Assembly (NCBI GenBank): GCA_964553685.1
Contig: CAZKLB010000001.1
Span: 83,952-147,951 of the forward strand
Length of the DNA: 64,000 nucleotides
Origin: an uncultured Marinoscillum sp.
Lineage (GTDB): Bacteria; Bacteroidota; Bacteroidia; Cytophagales; MED-G16
Direction of reading: 5' to 3'
Shown here piece after piece: positions 47,936 to 57,886 of this stretch. A program made the position numbers and the translations under genes. The notes beneath the pieces were generated by a model. That model saw nothing but the letters and a program-made list of their open reading frames with translations. It made no database searches and had not been told where the DNA came from. The stretch's first letter is position 1. Each line of letters opens with the position of its first letter.

Positions 47936-48946
47936 ATGTATAAATCTAGTCGATTTCCTGTCTTACTACTATCAGTGGTCTTCTTTGTTTGCTTCGCTAA
48001 TAATGCATTTTCGTCTGAGGATGCTGGAGAAGAGGGAAAATTAGATATTGGTGGAATGATAATGCATCATATTTTAGATGATTATCAGTACGAGATCATG
48101 GAGGGATTAGTAATACCTCTTCCTGTTATATTATATACCGATCAAGGCCTAAAGATTTTTTCCTCTTCTAAATTATTTGATGAAGATCATATACCATTAA
48201 AAAGTGGGTATAATGGTTTCTATTATGATCATGGCCATATTTATCCAGTAAATGAAAGCGAGTCATATGTTGACCTATCAATCACTAAAAATGTATTTTT
48301 TCTTTTTCTTACCTCTGGGCTAATGTTATTTATCTTTATTTATGTTGCTTCTAGATATAAAAATAAGACAGAAAAACCTCGAGGAATACAGTCATTATTT
48401 GAGCCCCTCATTCTATTTATAAGAGATGATATTGTTAAGCCAAACATTGGTGACAAGTATGAGAAATATCTTCCATATATGCTCACACTTTTCTTTTTCA
48501 TCTTTTTTGGAAATGTTCTTGGCTTACTTCCTGCAGCAGCTAACCTAACAGGTAACATTGCAGTTACAATGGTTCTGGCTATTCTAACATTTATCATTAC
48601 CAATTTATCTGGAAACCTAAATTATTGGAAACATATATTTTGGACACCAAATGTCCCAAATGTCATGAGAATTATTATTCTACCAATCGAAATTATTGGT
48701 GTTTTTACTAAGCCATTTTCTTTAATGATTAGATTATTTGTTGCAATAACAGCTGGTCACATTGTTTTATTAAGCTTTATTGGTATGACGTTTATATTTA
48801 GTAGTTACACTGTTGGAATAATGAGTTCACTTTTTGCAGTTGCTCTTAATATAATTGAGCTTCTTGTAGCTGGTATACAGGCCTATGTTTTTACAATGTT
48901 TTCATCTGTGTATATTGGATTAGCAGTTGAAGAAGAACACCATTAA
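47936..48946 (+). CDS. atpB: F-type ATP synthase subunit a
   Basis: The C-terminal helices contain the conserved Arg (LMIRLFVAITAGH) and the LLVAGIQAYVFTMF motif. Confidence 0.92.
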   Translation: MYKSSRFPVLLLSVVFFVCFANNAFSSEDAGEEGKLDIGGMIMHHILDDYQYEIMEGLVIPLPVILYTDQGLKIFSSSKLFDEDHIPLKSGYNGFYYDHGHIYPVNESESYVDLSITKNVFFLFLTSGLMLFIFIYVASRYKNKTEKPRGIQSLFEPLILFIRDDIVKPNIGDKYEKYLPYMLTLFFFIFFGNVLGLLPAAANLTGNIAVTMVLAILTFIITNLSGNLNYWKHIFWTPNVPNVMRIIILPIEIIGVFTKPFSLMIRLFVAITAGHIVLLSFIGMTFIFSSYTVGIMSSLFAVALNIIELLVAGIQAYVFTMFSSVYIGLAVEEEHH

Positions 48947-48978
48947 AAAAATTATATGTTAAATTTTAAATTAAATAA

Positions 48979-49245
<267 letters not shown>

Positions 49246-49262
49246 TATTTAAAAATTAATTA

Positions 49263-49760
49263 ATGGATTTGCTTACACCAGGTACTGGATTAATTTTTTG
49301 GCAACTGCTTATTTTTTCAATACTATTTTTGGTATTATCTAAATATGCTTGGAAGCCTATAACACAGTCATTAAAAGATAGAGAAAAGTTTATAGAGGAT
49401 TCTTTAGAATCTGCTAAAAAAGCGGAGGAGGAATTAATTAATATACAGAAAAAGAACGAGGATCTCCTAGCTGATGCTAGAAAAGAAAGAGAGAAAATTT
49501 TATCTGATGCAAAAAAAATATCTAATTCCATGAAAGATGAGGCAAAAGATGAGGCAAAACAAATGGCAGATAAGATAGTTAAAGAAGCGAAATCTGTTAT
49601 TGAGTCTGAGAAGAATAAAGCTATGAAAGATGTAAAAAATACTCTTGCTGAGCTTTCTTTGGACATTGCTGAAAAAATCATTAAGAAAGATTTAAGCAAA
49701 GATTCATCTCAGAAAAAATATGTTGAGGACTTAATTAAGGATATTAATAAATCAAAATAA
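49263..49760 (+). CDS. atpF: F-type ATP synthase subunit b
   Basis: A single N-terminal TM helix followed by a long K/E-rich helix, in operon position. Confidence 0.85.
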   Translation: MDLLTPGTGLIFWQLLIFSILFLVLSKYAWKPITQSLKDREKFIEDSLESAKKAEEELINIQKKNEDLLADARKEREKILSDAKKISNSMKDEAKDEAKQMADKIVKEAKSVIESEKNKAMKDVKNTLAELSLDIAEKIIKKDLSKDSSQKKYVEDLIKDINKSK

Positions 49761-50299
49761 TGAAAAATTCACGAGCATCCGAAAGGTATGCCAAATCACT
49801 ACTTCAGCTAGCTCTAGAAAAAAAGATTTTAAAAGAGGTGAGATCTGATGTTGATTTGCTTGTTAGCATTTTTGGTAAGTCTCGTGAAATATCAAACTTA
49901 TATTTAAGTCCTATTATACCAATTAAGCATAAAGTGAGTGTTACGAAGAAAATTTTTGAAAATAAAATAAATATTAATACTCTAAACTTGATGCTTAATA
50001 TTATTTATAGAAAAAGAGATAGTCTGATGGAGACGGTTTTTTCTAAGTTTATTGAGTTATTCAATCATCATAACAATATTGAAGAATCATTTATAACTAC
50101 AACATATAAATTAGATGAAAACACTCTCAATGATGTAAAGAAATTTGCAAAGAAATTTTCAGATAAAGAAATTTCTTTAAAACATAATATTAATAAGGAA
50201 ATTATAGGTGGTTTTAATTTAAAAATAGGAGATAAGATGATAGATTGTACTGTTTCTAGTAAAATTAATAACCTAAGAAAAAAATTAATAAATAACTAA
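49760..50299 (+). CDS. atpH: F-type ATP synthase subunit delta (OSCP)
   Basis: ERYAKSLLQLA N-terminus, IIGGFNLKIGDKMIDCTV C-terminal motif, in operon position. Confidence 0.8.
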   Translation: MKNSRASERYAKSLLQLALEKKILKEVRSDVDLLVSIFGKSREISNLYLSPIIPIKHKVSVTKKIFENKININTLNLMLNIIYRKRDSLMETVFSKFIELFNHHNNIEESFITTTYKLDENTLNDVKKFAKKFSDKEISLKHNINKEIIGGFNLKIGDKMIDCTVSSKINNLRKKLINN

Positions 50300-50309
50300 A
50301 TAAAAAAAA

Positions 50310-51887
50310 ATGTCAAATATTAGACCAGATGAGGTTTCATCGATTATTAGAGACCAATTATCAAATTTTAAATCAGAATCGCAGCTGGAGGAAGTTGGGA
50401 CTATACTTCAAGTCGGAGATGGTGTTGCAAGAATATATGGACTTTCAAATGCTAAAGCTGGTGAGCTTTTAGAATTTGAAGGCGGAGTCAAAGGTTTAGT
50501 CTTAAACCTTGAGGAAGATAATGTAGGGGCAGTGTTAATGGGTGATTCAAGTGGTATTAAAGAGGGAGATACTGTAAAAAGATCTGGAGAGATTGCTTCA
50601 GTGAATGTTGGTGATGGGGTTTGTGGAAGGGTATTAGATACATTGGGAAATCCTATTGATGGAAAAGGAGATATTAAAGGTGATTTGTTTTCAATGCCTC
50701 TGGAAAGAAAAGCACCAGGAGTTGTTTATAGACAACCAGTAAATGAACCTCTTCAGACAGGGATAAAGGCAATTGACTCTATGATTCCAATTGGTAGGGG
50801 TCAAAGAGAATTAATTATTGGTGATAGACAGACAGGTAAAACAGCTGTTGCAGTAGATACTATTTTAAATCAAAAAGAATTTTATGAGAAAGGAGAACCT
50901 GTTTATTGTATATATGTTGCAGTAGGTCAAAAAGCTTCAACCGTTGCTCAAGTTACAAATACTTTGGAAAAAAATGGGGCCTTACCCTATACCACAGTTG
51001 TTTCAGCTCCATCATCAGCTCCAGCACCAATGCAATTTTTTGCTCCTTTTACAGGCGCAGCCATTGGTGAATATTTTAGAGATACAGGAAGAGCTGCTCT
51101 TGTGATTTTTGATGATCTTTCAAAACAAGCCGTCTCATACAGAGAAGTTTCATTATTACTAAGAAGACCGCCAGGTAGGGAAGCTTATCCCGGTGATGTA
51201 TTTTATTTACATTCTAGATTGCTGGAGAGATCTGCAAAAGTAATTAATGATGATAAATTAGCTTCCCAGATGAATGACCTACCAGATTCATTACAAGGTA
51301 AAGTTAAAGGGGGAGGATCATTAACTGCTTTGCCAATTATTGAAACACAGGAAGGTGATGTATCAGCATATATCCCAACAAATGTTATTTCAATTACTGA
51401 TGGTCAGATTTTTCTTGAGTCAAATTTGTTTAATTCTGGTATTCGACCTGCTATTAATGTTGGTATTTCCGTATCAAGAGTCGGTGGATCAGCTCAAATA
51501 AAATCAATGAAAAAAATAGCTGGTACTTTGAAGCTCGATCAAGCTGCATTTAGAGAGCTTGAAGCTTTTTCAAAATTTGGTTCTGATCTCGATGCCGCTA
51601 CTCAACTAGTAATAGATAGAGGAAAAATAAATCAAGAAATACTAAAACAAGCACAGTATTCTCCACTTAGAGTTGAGGAACAAGTGGCAGTCATTTATTG
51701 TTCTTCAAATGGATTTTTTGATGGAATTGATTTGTCAAAAATTTCAAAGCTTGAAGAAGAGTTCTTACAACATGTAAATAATAAGTGTAAAAAAGTACTT
51801 GACGAGTTATCTGAAGGAATAATAAATGAAAAGAGTTTAAAAGTTTTGGAGGACGCAGCAAAAAAAATTGGAGGAAACTACAAGTAA
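50310..51887 (+). CDS. atpA: F-type ATP synthase subunit alpha
   Basis: Motifs: GDRQTGKT Walker [36 protein letters not shown]. Confidence 0.97.
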   Translation: MSNIRPDEVSSIIRDQLSNFKSESQLEEVGTILQVGDGVARIYGLSNAKAGELLEFEGGVKGLVLNLEEDNVGAVLMGDSSGIKEGDTVKRSGEIASVNVGDGVCGRVLDTLGNPIDGKGDIKGDLFSMPLERKAPGVVYRQPVNEPLQTGIKAIDSMIPIGRGQRELIIGDRQTGKTAVAVDTILNQKEFYEKGEPVYCIYVAVGQKASTVAQVTNTLEKNGALPYTTVVSAPSSAPAPMQFFAPFTGAAIGEYFRDTGRAALVIFDDLSKQAVSYREVSLLLRRPPGREAYPGDVFYLHSRLLERSAKVINDDKLASQMNDLPDSLQGKVKGGGSLTALPIIETQEGDVSAYIPTNVISITDGQIFLESNLFNSGIRPAINVGISVSRVGGSAQIKSMKKIAGTLKLDQAAFRELEAFSKFGSDLDAATQLVIDRGKINQEILKQAQYSPLRVEEQVAVIYCSSNGFFDGIDLSKISKLEEEFLQHVNNKCKKVLDELSEGIINEKSLKVLEDAAKKIGGNYK

Positions 51888-51893
51888 TATTAT

Positions 51894-52763
51894 ATGCCTA
51901 GCATAAAAGAAGTTAAAAATAGAATTGGTTCTGTACAATCAACCCAGCAGCTAACAAAGGCTATGAAAATGGTTGCAGCAGCAAAATTAAAGAGGGCTCA
52001 AGATAAAGTCCTGCAGCTCAGACCTTATTCTAAAAAATTGAATGAAGTTTTATCTAATTTATCAGATTCTGTTAATAATGATTTGTTTGCTTCGAGAGAG
52101 ATCAATAATTACCTAATAGTTTTTATTGGTTCAGACAAAGGATTATGTGGTGGATTTAATAGTAGTATAATAAAACTCTTTAACTCATTCTCAGAAAGTT
52201 CAAACTTAAATCATGATTCAATCAATATTTTACCAATTGGTAAAAAGCCTTATGATTTTTTTAAAAAATCAAAATATAATGTAATTGATAGTTATTGGAA
52301 TTTATTAAATGGGTTTAATTATGAGAATGCATCTGAAATTTTCGATTTTATTCTAAGTGAATTTAATGAATCTAAATACGATAAGGTTTCAATAATTTAT
52401 AATGAATTTAAAAATGTTGCTGTACAAAAGTCTGTAATTGAAGATTATTTGCCTATCATAAAATCAAATGATGGAGAAGATGAAAACTCTAAATCATCTA
52501 ACACTAATTTTATTTTTGAACCAGATAAATCCAAAATTATCAATAATCTTATACCTCAAACTCTAAAGACCCAGCTATTTAAAGCTGTTCTTGAATCAAG
52601 TGCTTCCGAGCAGGGTTCAAGAATGACCGCTATGAGTCAGGCTACTGATAATGCTGGTGAACTTCTAAAGGAGTTGAGATTAACATATAACAGAACAAGG
52701 CAGGCAGCTATAACAAAAGAAATTTTAGAAATTGTTGGAGGAGCTGAAGCACTAAATAAATAA
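51894..52763 (+). CDS. atpG: F-type ATP synthase subunit gamma
   Basis: Motifs: IKEVKNRIGSVQSTQQLTKAMKMVAAAKL N-terminus and LTYNRTRQAAITKEILEIVGGAEAL C-terminus. Confidence 0.93.
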   Translation: MPSIKEVKNRIGSVQSTQQLTKAMKMVAAAKLKRAQDKVLQLRPYSKKLNEVLSNLSDSVNNDLFASREINNYLIVFIGSDKGLCGGFNSSIIKLFNSFSESSNLNHDSINILPIGKKPYDFFKKSKYNVIDSYWNLLNGFNYENASEIFDFILSEFNESKYDKVSIIYNEFKNVAVQKSVIEDYLPIIKSNDGEDENSKSSNTNFIFEPDKSKIINNLIPQTLKTQLFKAVLESSASEQGSRMTAMSQATDNAGELLKELRLTYNRTRQAAITKEILEIVGGAEALNK

Positions 52764-52764
52764 T

Positions 52765-53931
52765 CTATCTATTATTTATTATTCTTTCTACTGGTATTTT
52801 AGGATCAAAGTTTAATCTGTAAGTGTGATGAACTTTTCCAAGTGTAACCTGAACTTGTTCAGCAACTCTAATCATATTTTTATTGAAGTCAGGTATCCAG
52901 TTTAATTCTAAGTCCTCATAAGATAACTTTTCTTGAATGGTTTCTCTGCTAGCCATAATTAAAGCTCCATCAACTCCTTTTCCTTGATGTTTAGGAACTA
53001 TTCCAAAAACAAGTCCCATCATTTTTTTACAAGATTTTTTTATTTTTAAATGATAAAATGTTTTCAATTTTCCAAATAATCCGAATTTTCCATTTACATG
53101 TTTAAATATTTGATTCATTTCTGGAATACTCAGAAAAAACCCTACTGGATCCTCTTTATGATAAGCAAACCATAGAATCTTTTCATCAAGAATGGGGTTC
53201 AATTGTGCAAATAAAGCTTCGGCCTGTGAAAGTTTTAGGGGCGAAACACCAGGGTATTTAGACCAGGCATCATTATAAATTTTAGCAAAGTCTAATATGT
53301 ATTTTTTAATATTTCCTTTTTCTAATGTTTTAAATGAATAGTTTGGATCTCTTAAGGCTCTTTTTGCTTTAATATTAAGTTTTTCTGAAAGTGGAGTTCT
53401 AACTTTTTTTAGAAATGTTAGCTGTTTAAACAATACTTGAAACCCATAATCTTCAAATAGTTTGGGGTAGTAATCTCTTCCATAGTTTTGTAAATAGTTA
53501 GGCTCGATTTCAAAACCTTGAGCTAGGCATCCCCACCATTTATCTCTTTCTCCAAAATTAATAGGTCCGTCCATAGAATCATATCCTTTCTTTTTAAGCC
53601 ATTCTTTCGATGTATCAAATAATAAATTAGCAGCTTCTTGATTATTAATGCATTCAAAAAATCCGCATCCACCAACTTTTAAGTTATTTTTTTCGGGTTT
53701 GGTTTTCTTTGAATAAAAGGCAGCAATTCTTCCTATGACATTTCCTTTGTCCATTAAAACCCATCTTACAACTTCACCTTTCCTAAATGCTTTGTTTAAT
53801 TTTTTATCGAATACAGCATTAATATCTTTATCTAACGGCCTTATCCAGTTGGTTTCTTTCTCATAAATTTTAGATGAAATTTCAATAAAATCTTTTCTTT
53901 CTTTATCTGTTTTAACTTCTGAAATAATCAT
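52765..53931 (-). CDS. GNAT-like acyltransferase-fold protein (conserved hypothetical)
   Basis: The C-terminal half has a GNAT-like VPKHQGKGVDGAL acyl-CoA loop, and GPINFGERDKWWG is conserved in a Bacteroidota family that I recall being annotated as GNAT. Function is unknown. Confidence 0.5.
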   Translation of the reverse strand: MIISEVKTDKERKDFIEISSKIYEKETNWIRPLDKDINAVFDKKLNKAFRKGEVVRWVLMDKGNVIGRIAAFYSKKTKPEKNNLKVGGCGFFECINNQEAANLLFDTSKEWLKKKGYDSMDGPINFGERDKWWGCLAQGFEIEPNYLQNYGRDYYPKLFEDYGFQVLFKQLTFLKKVRTPLSEKLNIKAKRALRDPNYSFKTLEKGNIKKYILDFAKIYNDAWSKYPGVSPLKLSQAEALFAQLNPILDEKILWFAYHKEDPVGFFLSIPEMNQIFKHVNGKFGLFGKLKTFYHLKIKKSCKKMMGLVFGIVPKHQGKGVDGALIMASRETIQEKLSYEDLELNWIPDFNKNMIRVAEQVQVTLGKVHHTYRLNFDPKIPVERIINNR

Positions 53932-53950
53932 ATTTTAATAATATAGTTCA

Positions 53951-53958
53951 TATTTTTG
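53951..53958 (+). promoter_or_regulatory. Candidate -7 box (TATTTTTG) upstream of oadG
   Basis: Exact TAnnTTTG match 32 nt before the ATG at 53990. I saw no -33 TTG at consensus spacing. Confidence 0.3.
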
Positions 53959-53989
53959 TTTGATAAGTAATCCAAAAATAAATATTTAA

Positions 53990-54220
53990 ATGGATAATAT
54001 TTCTAATCTTAATCTACTAATATCTATTCTTTTAAACGGAATGCTGATTGTATTTTTAGTATTATCACTTGTTTTTTTTATTGGAAAGTTAATAATTAAA
54101 CTTTTCTCAAGCATTAATCCTAAAAATGATGAGAATAAAAACATTAAATCTATTATAGAGAAAGAAGTTCATAAAATATCCAATGGAAAAGGAAAATTAG
54201 TAAGCTACAAGAAAATATAA
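53990..54220 (+). CDS. oadG: OadG-like small membrane subunit of the Na+-translocating decarboxylase
   Basis: 76 aa with one N-terminal TM helix and a polar tail, immediately upstream of the alpha and beta subunits. Confidence 0.5.
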   Translation: MDNISNLNLLISILLNGMLIVFLVLSLVFFIGKLIIKLFSSINPKNDENKNIKSIIEKEVHKISNGKGKLVSYKKI

Positions 54221-54225
54221 ATTTT

Positions 54226-56043
54226 ATGAATAGAGAAGTAAAGCTTTGTTTAGTGTACAGAGATATGTGGCAGTCTTCTGGTAAGTATATGCCATCAGCT
54301 GAACAGTTAACAAAAGTTGCAGAGCCTATTATAAATATGAAGTGTTGGGATCGAGTTGAAACCAATGGTGGTGGATTTGAACAAATTCAATTATTAGCTG
54401 GAGAAAATCCTAATAAGGTTGTTAGGGAGTGGACTCAGCCATTTAATGATTTTGGAATTCAAACTCAGATGCTGGAGAGAGGTTTAAATGCATTGAGTAT
54501 GTTTCCTGTTTCTAAGGATGTAAGAGAGTTGATGTTCAAAGTCAAAAAAAAGCAAGGAACAGATATAGCAAGATCCTTTGATGGTTTAAATGACATAAGA
54601 AATCTTAAACTTTCAATTGATTACTCAAAAAAAGCTGGAATGATATCTCAATCATGTCTATGTATTACACATTCAAAAATTCACACTGTTAATTATTATA
54701 TAAACTTAGCTAAAGATCTTATTAAGCTTGGAACTGATGAAATTGCTATTAAAGATATGGCTGGAATTGGTAGACCATCTTCTCTTGGGAAAATTGTCAA
54801 AGGAATAAAAGATTTTAGTCCTGACACTATTGTTCAATACCATGGACATTCCGGACCAGGTTTTTCCGTTGCCTCTTCTCTTGAAGTAGCAAGATCAGGT
54901 GTTGATATTATTGATGTTTCAATGGAGCCATTATCTTGGGGAACAACTCATGCTGACTTATTAACAATCCACGAGGTATTAAAGGATGATGGTTTTAAGG
55001 TTAAGGATATAGACATGCAATCATATATGGATGTAAAAAAAATTACTCAGGAATTTATAGATGAGTTTTTAGGTCTTTATATAAATCCTAAAAATAGATT
55101 AATGAATTCATTGCTTATCCAATCAGGACTACCTGGAGGAATGATGGGAAGCCTCATGAATGATTTGGAGAAAAGCTATACTAGTATAAATAAATGGTTA
55201 TCAAGAAATAATAAAGAAAGTATATCCTTAGATAATTTATTTTCAAAGCTTTTAGATGAGGTAAAAACTATATGGCCTAAAATGGGTTATCCACCGCTTG
55301 TGACACCATATAGTCAATATGTAAAAAATGTTGCAATCGTTAATGTTTTAAATACAATAAAAGGTAAAGAAAGGTGGAGTTTAATTGATGATAATACTTG
55401 GGATATGTTACTTGGAAAGTCTGGTAGGTTGCCTGGAGATCTTGGGGATGAGATTATTAACTTGTCTAAAGAATTAAAAAAAGAATTTTATTCAGGTGAT
55501 CCACAAGATTTAGTAGATGATAGTTTAGATCATAACAAAAAAGAAATGAAATTGAAAGGATGGGATTTTGGAATTGATGATGAAGAACTTTTAGAATATT
55601 CTCTCCATAAAACTCAATATATTGATTATAAGTCAGGTGCTGCAAAAAGGAATTTACAACAAGATATCATATCAAAAAAGGAAACGATTAATACAAGTGA
55701 AGAATCACTTGAAAACATTAAAAATGAAGTTATAAAGATTGGTGGTGATATGTATGAGTTTAAATATAGTATTGAAGAATCAGTTGGAAATCAAGAAGGT
55801 GATTTATCCGGTGAAAAAATGTTATCCCCTATTGAAGGTAGGATATTTTTCACAAAAAATAAGGATGAGAAACCAATCAAGGTTAATGATACTGTTAAAA
55901 AAGGAGATGTTCTTTGTTATATTGAATCAATGAAAGTTATTAATGCTATTAAATCAGAGTATTCTGGTAAAATTAAGAAAATATGTTTCAATGATGGCGA
56001 CGATATTTTTGATGATGATGTTTTATTTTATATTAGTAGTTGA
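54226..56043 (+). CDS. oadA: Oxaloacetate decarboxylase alpha-like subunit (carboxyltransferase TIM barrel + PYC_OADA region + biotinyl domain), divergent
   Basis: Motifs: IAIKDMAGIG (carbamylated-Lys motif KDM), QYHGHSGPG (HxH metal ligands), LPGGMMGSL, LVTPYSQYV, and the C-terminal biotinylation motif ESMKV. The N-terminal motif reads YRDMWQS rather than the usual RDxHQS. Confidence 0.8.
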   Translation: MNREVKLCLVYRDMWQSSGKYMPSAEQLTKVAEPIINMKCWDRVETNGGGFEQIQLLAGENPNKVVREWTQPFNDFGIQTQMLERGLNALSMFPVSKDVRELMFKVKKKQGTDIARSFDGLNDIRNLKLSIDYSKKAGMISQSCLCITHSKIHTVNYYINLAKDLIKLGTDEIAIKDMAGIGRPSSLGKIVKGIKDFSPDTIVQYHGHSGPGFSVASSLEVARSGVDIIDVSMEPLSWGTTHADLLTIHEVLKDDGFKVKDIDMQSYMDVKKITQEFIDEFLGLYINPKNRLMNSLLIQSGLPGGMMGSLMNDLEKSYTSINKWLSRNNKESISLDNLFSKLLDEVKTIWPKMGYPPLVTPYSQYVKNVAIVNVLNTIKGKERWSLIDDNTWDMLLGKSGRLPGDLGDEIINLSKELKKEFYSGDPQDLVDDSLDHNKKEMKLKGWDFGIDDEELLEYSLHKTQYIDYKSGAAKRNLQQDIISKKETINTSEESLENIKNEVIKIGGDMYEFKYSIEESVGNQEGDLSGEKMLSPIEGRIFFTKNKDEKPIKVNDTVKKGDVLCYIESMKVINAIKSEYSGKIKKICFNDGDDIFDDDVLFYISS

Positions 56044-56045
56044 TT

Positions 56046-57233
56046 ATGAATATTTTTGAAAAAATATTTCAGATGACAGGCTTTCCAGCAATTCTATCAG
56101 AACCTGGTTTTCTAATAATGATTGGAATTAGTTTATTTATATTATTTCTTGGGATAGTTAAAAAATATGAGCCACTTCTTTTAGTTCCTATTGGTTTTGG
56201 AGTTCTTATTGGAAATATTCCTGGAGCAAATCTTGGGGTTGTACAAGTTGATGAATCAATGGGTATTTTAGAGATTGCTCAAAACCATGGAATTATAAAT
56301 TTTTTATATTATTCCTTGATAAAAACTGGATTTTTACCACCACTTATATTTATGGGAGTGGGTGCCTTAACTGATTTTGGACCTATGTTAAGAAATTTAA
56401 GATTAGTTTTTTTTGGGGCTGCAGCACAAATTGGGATTTTTTCTGTTCTTATTGTTGCAAGCTTTGTTGGTTTTACAAATCAGGAGGCAGCTTCTTTAGC
56501 AATTATAGGTGGGGCCGATGGACCAACAGCAATTTATACTTCAATAATTTTAGCACCACACTTACTTGGTCCAATAGCGATTGCTGCATATTCTTATATG
56601 GCGTTGGTACCAGTTATAATTCCTTTTGTTGTAAAATTTACTGTTTCTAAAAAAGAACTTCTTATCAATATGAAAAATCAAGAGGAAAATAATCAAGGTG
56701 ATGATATAAAAAACCTTGATGCCATTAAAATTATTTTTCCCATATTAATGACAATTATTATTTCTTTGATTGTTCCGTCATCGACTCCTCTAATAGGATT
56801 TCTTATGTTCGGAAATTTAGTAAAAGAAATCGGTTCCTCTACAGCTAGATTATCAAAAAATATATCAGATAATATTTTAAACTCAAGTACAGTTTTTCTT
56901 GGTTTATCTATTGGCGCAACCATGACACCTGTTTCTTTTTTAAACCTTCAGACATTAGGTATAATTTTTGGTGGATTATTTGCTTTCATTATTTCAATAA
57001 TAGGAGGTGTTCTTGCTGTTAAAGTTTTTAACTTATTTTCTAATAAAAAAATAAATCCACTTATTGGCGCAACAGGTTTAAGTGCAGTCCCTATGGCTAG
57101 TAGAGTTGCAAATGATATTGCTCTGAAGAATGATCCTAGTAATCACATCATTCATTATGCAATGGCTAGTAATATTTCTGGTGTAATTGGTTCAGCTGTA
57201 GCTGCAGGGATTTTGATCACTTTCTTTGGGTGA
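56046..57233 (+). CDS. oadB: Na+-translocating decarboxylase beta subunit
   Basis: About 9-10 TM helices. Motifs: PLLLVPIGFG, IGGADGPTAIY, GATGLSAVPMASRV and AMASNISGVIGSAVAAG, characteristic of OadB/GcdB/MmdB. I prefer the ATG at 56046 over the track TTG at 56040. Confidence 0.9.
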   Translation: MNIFEKIFQMTGFPAILSEPGFLIMIGISLFILFLGIVKKYEPLLLVPIGFGVLIGNIPGANLGVVQVDESMGILEIAQNHGIINFLYYSLIKTGFLPPLIFMGVGALTDFGPMLRNLRLVFFGAAAQIGIFSVLIVASFVGFTNQEAASLAIIGGADGPTAIYTSIILAPHLLGPIAIAAYSYMALVPVIIPFVVKFTVSKKELLINMKNQEENNQGDDIKNLDAIKIIFPILMTIIISLIVPSSTPLIGFLMFGNLVKEIGSSTARLSKNISDNILNSSTVFLGLSIGATMTPVSFLNLQTLGIIFGGLFAFIISIIGGVLAVKVFNLFSNKKINPLIGATGLSAVPMASRVANDIALKNDPSNHIIHYAMASNISGVIGSAVAAGILITFFG

Positions 57234-57241
57234 TTTATTTG

Positions 57242-57787
57242 TTATAGTACCTGATCTAATTTATTTGAATCATTTATAATAATAATTTTTTGTAAGATAT
57301 TATTATATAAAAAATTGTTTTCCTCCATCGTTTTAAATTGTTTTATCAGATTATCATAAAATCCATTAAGGTTAAATATTATTATTTTTTTATCTTCAAT
57401 TCCTAATACCTTCCATGTTATTGTCTCCGACAGCTCTTCAAGGGTGCCAATTCCTCCTGGAAGAATTATATATGCGTCAGAAAGGTCATACATCATTTTT
57501 TTTCTTTCGTGCATAGAATTCACAACTATGAGTTCTGTTATATTATTATTAATAATTTCTTTTTTAACTAAAATTTTGGGGATGATACCCGTAACTTTTC
57601 CACCTTTTTCCATTATCCTATTTGATATTATACCCATTATACCAATTTTTGCTCCTCCGTAAACCAATCCAATATTATTTCTAATGAGAATATCAGCAAT
57701 ATTTAAAGTCTCTTGCTTAATTAATTTACTATTTAAAGGCATACTTGATCCACAAAAAACAGTGACTTTTTTTATCTTTTTATTCAT
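57242..57787 (-). CDS. LOG-family (TIGR00730) nucleotide phosphoribohydrolase
   Basis: Motifs: VYGGAKIGIMG and PGGIGTLEEL (PGGxGTxxE). Confidence 0.85.
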   Translation of the reverse strand: MNKKIKKVTVFCGSSMPLNSKLIKQETLNIADILIRNNIGLVYGGAKIGIMGIISNRIMEKGGKVTGIIPKILVKKEIINNNITELIVVNSMHERKKMMYDLSDAYIILPGGIGTLEELSETITWKVLGIEDKKIIIFNLNGFYDNLIKQFKTMEENNFLYNNILQKIIIINDSNKLDQVL

Positions 57788-57874
57788 ATTTTAATTTGAA
57801 GCATTCGATGTAATCTATGATATTTTTTTTTAAATATTCGGTTTTGATAGTTAGTTTAAAAACAATTGTCAAGG

Positions 57875-57882
57875 TATATTTG
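57875..57882 (+). promoter_or_regulatory. Candidate -7 box (TATATTTG) upstream of glyQS
   Basis: Exact TAnnTTTG match ending 4 nt before the ATG at 57887. It lies inside the ORF-track extension (TTG 57866), which argues for the ATG start and a leaderless transcript. Confidence 0.35.
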
Positions 57883-57886
57883 TTAT

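Noticed and set aside
49256-49699. 147-aa minus-strand ORF antisense to atpF
   Set aside because: It is a shadow ORF of a Lys/Glu-rich coiled-coil gene (AAA/GAA codons read as TTT/TTC). It has an S/F-rich sequence with no motif.
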